Source: Patescibacteria group bacterium
GTDB taxonomy: Bacteria > Patescibacteriota > Dojkabacteria > GCA-002793355
Length of the DNA stretch: 64,000 bases
Reading direction: 5' to 3'
NCBI GenBank assembly: GCA_016860985.1
Contig: BOKM01000001.1
Coordinates: forward strand, 2,310-66,309
Both the position numbers and the translations under genes were made by a program. Each line of letters begins with the position of its first letter. The stretch's first letter is position 1. Below, in pieces: positions 20,168-28,836 of this stretch. The notes beneath the pieces were generated by a model. The model did not search any database. It worked only from the letters and a program-made list of their open reading frames with translations, and was not told where the DNA came from.

Positions 20168-20925
20168 TTAATTAAATACCTCGCAGAGTTAAGCAATTTA
20201 ATGCCATTGTATTCATACAGGTCTTTAAACCCAAAGTGCCAAAGATAGTACAAATCCCCTCGCTTCTCAAAAAACAATGTTGTTACCTTCTTGTCTGTAT
20301 GTTCCTGCCATTGTCGATATGGATAGTAAAGCTGTCTAATAATTTCGTTCGAGGTACTTGAGTTTTTTGCCTCAACAAGCACTACTGAATCTCTTCCTTC
20401 ATACCCTGCATCGACCTCAGTTTGTACACTTTGAGTTGAAATTGTTTGAGTTCCAACTTTAAATGAAAATTCCGGTGTATATTTGCGTCCTCGAATCGTT
20501 AAAACCAAAGTAGGATCTTTAGTAAAGGTTCTAATAATACTCGAAGCGTACGTAAAATCTAAATGCTGCATCTCAGAATTCCCAACTTTTGTAGTCTCAA
20601 GGGTAAAATCAAGGATTGATTTATGGATTTCTGGTTCTGAGGTAATATCAGGGATGTCAACGTATCCTTCTCCTTTTATTATTGCATATGTTCCATTTTT
20701 TATCGGCAATAAAAACAATCCAAGTTTTCTAAAAATTTGTGGTCTGGAGTCTCTTGTATCCTGTTTACATAGGATCCTAGGCTCAGTAATCCCATCTGAA
20801 ACAAAATCTTTACAACTCTTTTTTATCTGAGTCGCTGTGATAGTCAGTGGCTCTTTTGAAAAATCATGATTGGTAATTCCAACATCTTCTCCAATCTTAT
20901 CCCACGCTCTATCTCTTGCTGTCAT
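20164..20925 (-). CDS. putative type II restriction endonuclease (candidate DpnII/MboI-like GATC cutter)
   Basis: 253-aa ORF sandwiched between two DNA methyltransferases with 1-4 nt overlaps (translational coupling). Gene order and sizes resemble the DpnII/LlaDCHI three-gene systems. No independent motif confirmation. Confidence 0.4.
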   Translation of the reverse strand: MTARDRAWDKIGEDVGITNHDFSKEPLTITATQIKKSCKDFVSDGITEPRILCKQDTRDSRPQIFRKLGLFLLPIKNGTYAIIKGEGYVDIPDITSEPEIHKSILDFTLETTKVGNSEMQHLDFTYASSIIRTFTKDPTLVLTIRGRKYTPEFSFKVGTQTISTQSVQTEVDAGYEGRDSVVLVEAKNSSTSNEIIRQLYYPYRQWQEHTDKKVTTLFFEKRGDLYYLWHFGFKDLYEYNGIKLLNSARYLIK

Positions 20926-21725
20926 TACGTATATTGTAATATTTTATTGATAAGGGCATGATATCGGGCTTTCGATACAGAAAGATATTCCTCTGACGTA
21001 TCTATTCCAATATACTTTCTTTTCAACCTATTTGCAACAATTCCTGTTGTAGAACTACCACAAAACGGGTCTAATACTAAATCGCCTTCGTTAGTGCTTG
21101 CAAGGATTACCCTCTTAAGTAGTTCTTCGGGCTTTTGTGTAGGGTGCTTTCCCTGAGCTTTATCACTCATTTTTGGAGTACCAATTGACCAAACGGAACG
21201 CATTTGTGTGTTCGGCTTTTTGATAGAATCTTCTTTCCAATCGCCATTTTTCATTTCTTGGTAATTAAACGTGTGCTTAGCTTTTTTCTCTTTTCTCACC
21301 CATAAAAGATTCTCATGACTGGCTGTGAAGAATCTGCAGCTAAGGTTTGGTGCTGCATTAGGCTTAAACCATGTAATATCATTTAAAATGTGAAATCCAA
21401 GTCGTTGAATTGCATAACCTATTTGATATATAGAATGGTACGTACTGCTGACCCAGAGTGTTCCATTTGGTTTCAAGACGCGCTTACAGGACTCAAGCCA
21501 TCTCATATGAAAATCGAAATTCTCGCCCAAACTCCTTCCCATATCCCATTCACCTTTTTTGACTGAAACCATTTTTCCATTTTGACAAGTAAAGCTTCCG
21601 TCAGAAAGAAAGTACGGAGGATCGGCAAATATCATATCAAACGTATTCTCTTTGTACTCGTTCAATACGTCATTACAATCTCCGTGATGCAATGTGAACG
21701 AATTATTCGAATAATACGGAGTCAT
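20925..21725 (-). CDS. beta-class N6/N4 DNA methyltransferase (DpnA-like)
   Basis: FADPPYF (motif IV) precedes VLDPFCGSSTTGIVA (motif I), the circular permutation typical of beta-class amino-methyltransferases. Confidence 0.8.
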   Translation of the reverse strand: MTPYYSNNSFTLHHGDCNDVLNEYKENTFDMIFADPPYFLSDGSFTCQNGKMVSVKKGEWDMGRSLGENFDFHMRWLESCKRVLKPNGTLWVSSTYHSIYQIGYAIQRLGFHILNDITWFKPNAAPNLSCRFFTASHENLLWVRKEKKAKHTFNYQEMKNGDWKEDSIKKPNTQMRSVWSIGTPKMSDKAQGKHPTQKPEELLKRVILASTNEGDLVLDPFCGSSTTGIVANRLKRKYIGIDTSEEYLSVSKARYHALINKILQYT

Positions 21726-21770
21726 GAATCCATTTTATAGGATAAATTATGATTTGGGAAATAATTCAAA

Positions 21771-22421
21771 TTAGGAAATATCACTTTTTTTACGTTCCTC
21801 CAACTGAAGCACTTCTTCTATTTTGACATATTTCACTTTGTTTACATATAAGTAGGCTAGAAGTTCTACAAGCGAATACGTGACAATATTGTCGTACTTA
21901 TTAATTCTATCGATTTGTTTTTCATGAGCGGCAATATTTCCAACAATCCTAATACAGTGGGCCAATTTTTTAATTCTTTGTGGCCATTTTGCTAATCCTA
22001 TCCATTTAGAAAGTGACTTGAATTTTGGTATCTGTACCTTTTGGTCTTTCAGTATTTCTTCAACAATTTTCCGTAACCTAACAGAAAACTGTTCCTGAGA
22101 TCGTTGTTTCAACCTGAATGTTTCAAGGACTAAGTCTCTAACGTGATGCGGAACAGCCTCATCAATTACGATTTCGACTGGATACAGTTGAAACCAGTCG
22201 TCCTTCGTCAGTCTGATCGTTTCGTCTTCAATTGCACCAATATATCCGTCATCTATTGTTTTCAAGATATACCGTGAACATGTTGAACATTTAAGAACAC
22301 AGGTATGCATGTAATTCTCCCAATAGTCATTTGACGATTTCGGAAGAAAAACATCAGTTATATCAACTACAGTACAAAGAGTTCTATTCCCACAGTTGCT
22401 ACAAAACGCTAGTTCTTCCAT
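21771..22421 (-). CDS. DUF4145 domain protein with an N-terminal zinc ribbon
   Basis: C-terminal IRIVGNIAAHEK matches the conserved R-x-x-G-N-x-A-A-H-E motif of DUF4145. N-terminal CSNCGN...C...CSTC. Confidence 0.5.
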   Translation of the reverse strand: MEELAFCSNCGNRTLCTVVDITDVFLPKSSNDYWENYMHTCVLKCSTCSRYILKTIDDGYIGAIEDETIRLTKDDWFQLYPVEIVIDEAVPHHVRDLVLETFRLKQRSQEQFSVRLRKIVEEILKDQKVQIPKFKSLSKWIGLAKWPQRIKKLAHCIRIVGNIAAHEKQIDRINKYDNIVTYSLVELLAYLYVNKVKYVKIEEVLQLEERKKSDIS

Positions 22422-22504
22422 TCTTTATTATACTCTCTGAGTTATTTGTAATAATAATTATCTTGGAACTAGACTTACATCAAGATTCGCGGTACTTGTG
22501 GTGT

Positions 22505-23845
22505 ATGGAAAACACAATAAAAGTACCTGACTTGCGCTACTGCCTCTATGCTCGAAAATCCTCCGAGTCGGACGAAAAGCAGGCGATGAGTATAGACAGC
22601 CAACTTCACGAAATGAGTGATCTAGCAAAGCGAGATAATATAAACATTGTCGATATTATTACAGAAAGCCATTCTGCTAAAGAAACTGGCCAACGACCAC
22701 AGTTTAACCTTATGGTTGAAGGAATTAGTAGTGGAAAGTATAACGGCATCATAACGTGGGCTCCAGATAGAATTTCAAGAAATGCAGGCGACCTTGGACG
22801 GATAGTCGATTTAATGGATCAAGGGAAGCTTTCTCTAATCAAAACACATTCTCAAACCTTTACAAACAACCCTAATGAGAAGTTCCTATTAATGATACTC
22901 TGCTCACAAGCAAAACTGGAAAACGACAATAGGGGAATAAACGTAAAGCGTGGACTAAAGAGTAAATGTCAGACAGGGGTAAGACCAACAATGCCACCTC
23001 TCGGATATATTAATATCATGAGAGCAAATAGAATCTCAACTGTAATACTTGATCCCGAAAAATCCCCAATAATTAAACAAATGTTCGTATATGTCGCGGA
23101 CAAAGGACTTTCAGGAAGAACCATCCGAAAATGGCTAAGAAAAATTGGATTCAAATCAAGAACAGGAAAAGACCTCGTTTTAAGTCTAATCTACAAAATG
23201 CTCAGAAATCCCTTTTATTATGGATATTTTAAATACGGTGAGAAAATATACAAAGGTTCACATGAACCTCTCATATCCAAACAAGTATTTGATAAGGTAC
23301 AAATACAGTTGCAAACAACACCACGACAGTGGAATAAACAGCTCTACCCTTTCAAGAAAATTTGCAAATGTGGAAGTTGTGGTAGTAGTATAACTGCAGA
23401 AACTAAGTTTCGAGTAGTTCAGAATGGGGATGTACATCCTCATATCTATTATCACTGCAATAGAATAAATGACTACGATTGTCATGAACCTTATATAACT
23501 GAAGCTGAACTCATACAGCAACTTGTTGCTCTTATGCCGCAAATCAAACTCGACAAAGAATACATTTGGAACCTATTCCAAGACGAAATCAAACGATTAA
23601 ATCATCTACAACAAATAATGAATCTGAAAAACAGCGTAGCTTTTGAAACAACTCCACATAGGAACATGTCCAAATCCATAAGTGCGATTAGTGAAAGAGA
23701 AACAGAAATGATCAAAGATTACTTCTTACACATTCTGCAGTATGGAACACCGGAAGAAAGGCAGAATGTATTAACAGGAGTTAAGTCAATCTTTATCCTA
23801 AAAGAACGGGAGCTTCGTCTTAAAGGTCAGATTAACGCTTTATGA
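22505..23845 (+). CDS. large serine recombinase (resolvase catalytic domain + recombinase domain + zinc ribbon)
   Basis: N-terminal YCLYARKSSESDEKQAMSIDSQ with the catalytic Ser, central recombinase domain, and CKCGSCGSS...YYHCN zinc ribbon. About 97% aa identity to the copy at 44850-46190. The start is set at MENTIK by comparison with the paralog; the longer ORF from 22331 overlaps the divergent gene. Confidence 0.85.
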   Translation: MENTIKVPDLRYCLYARKSSESDEKQAMSIDSQLHEMSDLAKRDNINIVDIITESHSAKETGQRPQFNLMVEGISSGKYNGIITWAPDRISRNAGDLGRIVDLMDQGKLSLIKTHSQTFTNNPNEKFLLMILCSQAKLENDNRGINVKRGLKSKCQTGVRPTMPPLGYINIMRANRISTVILDPEKSPIIKQMFVYVADKGLSGRTIRKWLRKIGFKSRTGKDLVLSLIYKMLRNPFYYGYFKYGEKIYKGSHEPLISKQVFDKVQIQLQTTPRQWNKQLYPFKKICKCGSCGSSITAETKFRVVQNGDVHPHIYYHCNRINDYDCHEPYITEAELIQQLVALMPQIKLDKEYIWNLFQDEIKRLNHLQQIMNLKNSVAFETTPHRNMSKSISAISERETEMIKDYFLHILQYGTPEERQNVLTGVKSIFILKERELRLKGQINAL

Positions 23846-24605
23846 CAATTTGTTGGAACATATCATCAGTATCATCTTTCCATTGCCCCGACCACGATAG
23901 TTTTAGCTCAATTAGCGAAGGACTAGCATTTTTTGCGTAAACACAAATCTTTAATTTGTAATCACCAGGAGTTAAACAATCCTTTTGGGCAAAAACTATA
24001 TCCTTACTTTCCAAAAAAAACATAGTCTTCTCTTTTTCTTCCGAAGAGTATCCCCTGTACTTTGAGGATGGCTTACACGTAGCAGGATTTGCAATCGAAC
24101 CAATATCAACAAAAAACATATTTCCCGACTGAATTGTCAGTACTCGTATCTCTTGATTATACTTTGCCGACCAGTTAAGAATTATTGGGGTAAAATTCTT
24201 TTCTTCAATAAAATCTCCTGAGCTATCTTTTTTAGAAATGCTTTCTAGGTATGTACTGCAATCTTCAGCTGCAAGCTTTCCTTCATTTTTTACCGCGATT
24301 CTGAAGAAATATACATCGATTCCTAAATCTGTTGTAGTTTTATGACAGAAGGGACTACCAAGTTTGAATAGGATTTTATTTTTTGGGGAGCGAAAAGTGT
24401 ATTTGAAATGTTCCGACATAAGTGGGCCGATAAATGCGACGAGTAGCGCAATAAGGCCAATTGCTATCTGTATGTAATCCGAAACAGATAACATTGATAC
24501 TACTGCAGGAACTAATGTTGGTGTCATCATTAATTGTACATTCTTTCCGACATACATACCAGAATTGTACTGGCATGTACTTTGCGTTCCAAAGCTTAGA
24601 ACCAA
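23832..24605 (-). CDS. hypothetical membrane-anchored protein
   Basis: 257-aa ORF with an N-terminal TM segment (IAIGLIALLVAFIGPLM). Confidence 0.4.
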   Translation of the reverse strand: MVLSFGTQSTCQYNSGMYVGKNVQLMMTPTLVPAVVSMLSVSDYIQIAIGLIALLVAFIGPLMSEHFKYTFRSPKNKILFKLGSPFCHKTTTDLGIDVYFFRIAVKNEGKLAAEDCSTYLESISKKDSSGDFIEEKNFTPIILNWSAKYNQEIRVLTIQSGNMFFVDIGSIANPATCKPSSKYRGYSSEEKEKTMFFLESKDIVFAQKDCLTPGDYKLKICVYAKNASPSLIELKLSWSGQWKDDTDDMFQQIVIKR

Positions 24606-24611
24606 GGAGTA

Positions 24612-24826
24612 TTTATTTTTGCAATTTTTAGATGATTTTGCGTATTACAGGACTACGTTGACACTTTTCCAATTTGGGGTATCCGTAAGTAATGGTAAGT
24701 TGGACATTTCCAGATAGGACTGACGGGACTTGAAGCAACCGTTGCAAAAATGCGGAGCATGTGGGTCTGGCACCGTACAATGGCTGGTTGGTAGAAAAAA
24801 TGAGACAAAAGAGACAGTATAAAAAG
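24612..24826 (+). repeat. copy B (long form, about 215 nt) of the conserved noncoding element, ending in an RBS-like AAAGGA just before the ATG of the next operon
   Basis: 24612-24720 matches 47432-47545 (AAGGAGTATT..TTTTAG....CGTATTACAGGACTACGTT.ACAC.TTTCC...GATAGGACTGACGGGACTTGAAG). The core also matches 18491-18577. Confidence 0.6.
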
Positions 24827-24830
24827 GAAA

Positions 24831-25937
24831 ATGATTTGTCTCAATCTAGAAAAATTGCTTATCACTTATCCACACAATCTGATGAATTTCTGTTATAATC
24901 CACAGCAATATGTAACAATACTATTGCACATGATTCAACCTACAAAGTCTTGGAATAATCCAAATCAACATTATAAGGATGCGCTGACTACTCCTTGGTA
25001 TAAAGTCTTGACTGGCCTACAAAGCGATTTCGTTAATGCGACAGTTTCATTTTATAAAGAAATTGGTTATGATTTTACCCTTCTTCCGATAACTACAGGT
25101 GCTATTTCTAGCCCTATGGGGTTAGGAAGTGACTCGTCACCGGTTCAAGTGAATATTGGAGGTGTCGAGACATATCTTGCCGATTCAATGCAATTCATGC
25201 TTGAGTATGCATGCAGAGTTAGAAAAAATGGATGCTATTATTTGGCACCATCGTTTAGAGGAGAACTTGCAGATGCAAGACACTTATGCCAATTTTATCA
25301 TTCAGAAGCAGAAATAGAAGGTACGATTACGGATGTAATGTCACTTGTAGAGAGATACGTAAAGTACCTTGCACAGTGGTATAAAGATCATAGCAAAAAT
25401 GAACTATTAACTGTAACTGATAATATTTCACATCTGGATACACTTATCAATATTGAAAAGATCCCAACAGTCACTTTCGCTGAAGCAGTCGATATCCTTG
25501 AAAACAATAGCGAATACATTCAAAATCATGGTATTTACCGAACAATTAACCATGCAGGCGAAAAGAAATTAATTGAGAAATATGGCGGATTTGTCTGGTT
25601 AACCCATTTTGATCATCTTGCAGTTCCATTCTATCAGAAGAATACTGATGACACATTTACGACTGCAATTAACGCAGATCTGCTTATGGGAATCGGAGAA
25701 ACAGTTGGCTCTGGTGAGCGACACTTCTCAAGAAGAGAAACAGAGAAAGCACTTGATTTTCATAAGGTGAGTAGAGATCATTACGAATGGTATTTAACAA
25801 TGAAGGAACTTGTACCAATGCAAACATCAGGCTTCGGACTTGGAGTTGAAAGATTCTTGTTATGGTTAACTAATCAAAATGATATTAGAGATATGCAATT
25901 AGTACCAAGATTTAATGGAGAAAAGGAGATACTATGA
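24831..25937 (+). CDS. class II aminoacyl-tRNA-synthetase-like catalytic core without an anticodon-binding domain (AsnRS/AsnA-like amino-acid ligase)
   Basis: Motif 2-like YYLAPSFRGELADARHLCQFYHSEAEIE and motif 3-like SGFGLGVERFLLWLT. No N-terminal OB fold, as in archaeal-type asparagine synthetase A paralogs. Confidence 0.55.
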   Translation: MICLNLEKLLITYPHNLMNFCYNPQQYVTILLHMIQPTKSWNNPNQHYKDALTTPWYKVLTGLQSDFVNATVSFYKEIGYDFTLLPITTGAISSPMGLGSDSSPVQVNIGGVETYLADSMQFMLEYACRVRKNGCYYLAPSFRGELADARHLCQFYHSEAEIEGTITDVMSLVERYVKYLAQWYKDHSKNELLTVTDNISHLDTLINIEKIPTVTFAEAVDILENNSEYIQNHGIYRTINHAGEKKLIEKYGGFVWLTHFDHLAVPFYQKNTDDTFTTAINADLLMGIGETVGSGERHFSRRETEKALDFHKVSRDHYEWYLTMKELVPMQTSGFGLGVERFLLWLTNQNDIRDMQLVPRFNGEKEIL

Positions 25938-26770
25938 AAAAATATACAGTAGAAGAAATAACAAAAATTAATTACACAGATTTTATCTCTTTGATTAAGG
26001 AAACGAATCGTTGCCCTGGAGGTAAAGACACAATTCGAAAGATAGTGCAGAATACTTTCATCGACGAAAACAGTAGGGTTCTCGATGTTGGTTCAAATAC
26101 AGGATTCACGTCTTTAGAACTTTCCCACATTTCAAAAGCAAAAATTTCGGGAATTGATGTTTCAGAAGCATGCGTAAATACTGCTAATGCACTGCTGGCA
26201 ACAGATATCGAAGAAGTGAGAAAAAGAGTCGATTTCCAAGTTGGTAGTGCATACGAGATTCCTTTCGAAAATGATACATTCGATCTTGTTGTAACTGGTG
26301 GTGCGACGTCATTTATGGATAAGAAACAACAGGCAATTTCAGAGTATAAACGAGTACTAAAACCATGGGGGTTTTTGAGTGCAACTCAATTATTCTATAC
26401 AACAAAACCACCCCAAGCTGTGGTTGATGCAGTTTCGAATGCAATTGGCGTCACGATAAATCCATGGTTGGAACAAGACTGGAAAAATGTATTCTTAGAA
26501 ACCCAAGAAAGTGGAGTACTTGAGCTGTATTATTATGAAAAGAACGAACTACAATCAAGGCCAGCTGACGTTATTGAAGAATACATGGAATACTTTATGG
26601 CGAAAGATCACCTAAAAGAATATTCTGAGGATGTTCGTAATGCGATTAGGAAAAAGTGGAAAATGTACATTGATGTATTCAATGAAAATCACAAGTATCT
26701 TGGTTACTTTATTTCATTATTCAGAAAAACTCAGTATCCAGAGGAGCCTGAATTATTTATAAGAAAATGA
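25934..26770 (+). CDS. class I SAM-dependent methyltransferase
   Basis: VLDVGSNTGFTSLEL (motif I) and DLVVTGGA (motif II region). Start overlaps the upstream gene by 4 nt. Confidence 0.7.
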   Translation: MKKYTVEEITKINYTDFISLIKETNRCPGGKDTIRKIVQNTFIDENSRVLDVGSNTGFTSLELSHISKAKISGIDVSEACVNTANALLATDIEEVRKRVDFQVGSAYEIPFENDTFDLVVTGGATSFMDKKQQAISEYKRVLKPWGFLSATQLFYTTKPPQAVVDAVSNAIGVTINPWLEQDWKNVFLETQESGVLELYYYEKNELQSRPADVIEEYMEYFMAKDHLKEYSEDVRNAIRKKWKMYIDVFNENHKYLGYFISLFRKTQYPEEPELFIRK

Positions 26771-26774
26771 TTCA

Positions 26775-27839
26775 GTGAAAGACCGTAACCAAAAATCCAA
26801 AAAAGGACAGAGTAAATCGGGAAAGCCCTTAGAGAAAGCAGACACATTGTTTATAGATAAACATGAAAGGGATACATTTTTACCGTTGCTGAGATATCTG
26901 TATGGGATCGAATTCCAAGACAAAATAGAGTTTGTGTCGTCATTATCTCTTACCTCACGAAAGTGTTTAATTTTCGATAATGAAGGGGTTAAGTATTTTC
27001 TTAAGCGTAAACCAGAGTATTCATTACAAGAACCATTGAGAACAAGAGCTATAAGGCTTCAGTCTCTACTTGCGACAAAAGTTCCCTTTATTCCCCAAAT
27101 CATATTTACAAAGACAGATAATCAACCACTGGGTGTTATTAATAGTAGTCATTATCTGCTTACTAAATATGTAGATGGTCAAATATTTGGAGGTCGGATT
27201 GAACAGTCAATTACGGGTGCATCAAAACTAGGGTTGATGCATAAAATTGCGAATCAAAATCTTGCAGAGGAGTCTTCGCCTGTTGACTCAAATGAGTCAG
27301 TTAAAACATTTATCGGTTACGCCGAGAAAATGAGTTTTTCTGATGCAAAATTGCAGAATGAAGTACTTGATAAAATAAGAAAGAAAGTACAGACATTAAA
27401 ATCCGAGAATAAGGGAAAAATGAGTTGGATTCACTCGGATTTCGCTCCATTTAATCTTGTATTTTCCGGTGACGAGGTCGTTGCCGTTAATGATTTTGAC
27501 AATGCAACGTTTGGTAACATATCTAAAGATGTTGCAGAATGCATTATTTCATTTGCAGATATTAACTATAATGGGGCGACGTCGTTTCTTAACAAGGTGA
27601 TCAGAACCTCAATTGATGAACGCTCTATGGCTAGATTGCTTGAGGCATATATGAATACATCTGAAAGTTCAATTAGTGATTTAACAGATTTACCAAATGA
27701 AATGAGTTTAATGTGGTTAAAATTGATGGTCCTAGGATTGCTTAGAGGTGATTTCGCATTAGAGGATGTTAATGTGGTACTGAATCACGCAGATGATCTT
27801 AATGTGGTAGGAAATGAATTACTACACTCTCTAAAATAG
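26775..27839 (+). CDS. aminoglycoside-phosphotransferase-fold (APH/choline-kinase-like) kinase
   Basis: WIHSDFAPFNLVF...VNDFDNATFGN corresponds to the HxDxxxxN catalytic loop plus the DFD/DFG metal-binding motif of the APH fold. GTG start 5 nt after the upstream stop. Confidence 0.55.
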   Translation: MKDRNQKSKKGQSKSGKPLEKADTLFIDKHERDTFLPLLRYLYGIEFQDKIEFVSSLSLTSRKCLIFDNEGVKYFLKRKPEYSLQEPLRTRAIRLQSLLATKVPFIPQIIFTKTDNQPLGVINSSHYLLTKYVDGQIFGGRIEQSITGASKLGLMHKIANQNLAEESSPVDSNESVKTFIGYAEKMSFSDAKLQNEVLDKIRKKVQTLKSENKGKMSWIHSDFAPFNLVFSGDEVVAVNDFDNATFGNISKDVAECIISFADINYNGATSFLNKVIRTSIDERSMARLLEAYMNTSESSISDLTDLPNEMSLMWLKLMVLGLLRGDFALEDVNVVLNHADDLNVVGNELLHSLK

Positions 27840-27840
27840 T

Positions 27841-28836
27841 ATGCGAGAACTTATCTATCCAACGAAGATGAGAGCAGGTCAAAAGCTAGGTGTTTTTGCA
27901 TCTTCAAGTCCCGCCTTATCATTCCCAAATGCAAATGATTCATACAAGTATATTAATGCAAAAGGCGTAAACGTTTTTGAGCACAAACAATGCAGAATAA
28001 AGAACAGACACACTGCAGGAACGGTGGTTGACAGAGTATCGGCAATTAATGACTTACTGCTCGATAATTCAATTGGTATTCTCATGGCTTATTGGGGAGG
28101 TACAAATACCAATGATTTATTAAAGTATCTTGATTATGAGTTATTTGCTAGATATCCCAAAATAATTATTGGATATTCTGATACAACGGCATTACTTCAG
28201 GCAATAACATCAAAGACAGGATTAGTCACTTTTATGGGGCCAGCCGCAATTACGTTTATTAAACCTGAACCCTTTGAGTATTCTTGGAGTTACTTTTATA
28301 AAATGTGTATTGCACCTGAGGATGAGGTTGTTATTGAAGATTCGCCAGTTTTTGCAGATGACGAATACTTTCTTCGAGAAGATAGTAATCACCGAATAAT
28401 TCGACCAAATTCTGGTCGCCAAGTTTTTAAAGATGGAAATTTCAAAGGGGCGTGCATTGCTAGCAATCTCGAGACTTTATTGGCGTTAGCCGGTACTGAA
28501 TATTTTCCAAATCTCGAAGGGAAAGCCCTTTTTATTGAGGAAAGTGAAGAAGAAAATCTATCAACGGTAAATAGAAATTTTAGGCAATTATCGCAGGTCG
28601 ATGGCTTCGATAAGTTGAGTGCTTTGTTGATAGGAAGGTTTTGCGAAAAGAGTGGATTTTCTGATCAAGATTCTGTCGAAATGATGTTAGAAGATACTCT
28701 AGTAAACACAAACTTTCCTGTTATCTATAATCTTGATTTCGGCCATTCTGATCCATTATTCACTATTCCCAATGGTGGTAGCGTTATTATTGATACAAAA
28801 CAGAAAGTTTTACAATTTTCAAAAGCTGTCGTCTAA
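27841..28836 (+). CDS. S66 peptidase (LD-carboxypeptidase LdcA / microcin-C immunity MccF-like)
   Basis: IIGYSDTTALLQAI (catalytic Ser in G-Y-S-D-x-T-A-L) and C-terminal DFGHSD (His). Start is 2 nt after the kinase stop. Confidence 0.7.
   Translation: MRELIYPTKMRAGQKLGVFASSSPALSFPNANDSYKYINAKGVNVFEHKQCRIKNRHTAGTVVDRVSAINDLLLDNSIGILMAYWGGTNTNDLLKYLDYELFARYPKIIIGYSDTTALLQAITSKTGLVTFMGPAAITFIKPEPFEYSWSYFYKMCIAPEDEVVIEDSPVFADDEYFLREDSNHRIIRPNSGRQVFKDGNFKGACIASNLETLLALAGTEYFPNLEGKALFIEESEEENLSTVNRNFRQLSQVDGFDKLSALLIGRFCEKSGFSDQDSVEMMLEDTLVNTNFPVIYNLDFGHSDPLFTIPNGGSVIIDTKQKVLQFSKAVV

Noticed and set aside
22331-22504. N-terminal 58-codon extension of the recombinase ORF (ORF track start 22331)
   Set aside because: It overlaps the divergent DUF4145 gene. 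The paralog at 44850 and the stump at 40147 both begin at the MEN/MEQ methionine preceded by the same conserved leader, so the true start is 22505.
24831-25937. Lysyl-tRNA synthetase / EpmA (PoxA) assignment
   Set aside because: Motif 3 (GFGLGVERF) and motif 2 (FRGE...HL.QF) are closer to the AsnRS/AspRS subclass IIb pattern than to LysRS/EpmA, and there is no anticodon-binding domain. Called AsnA/AsnRS-core-like instead.
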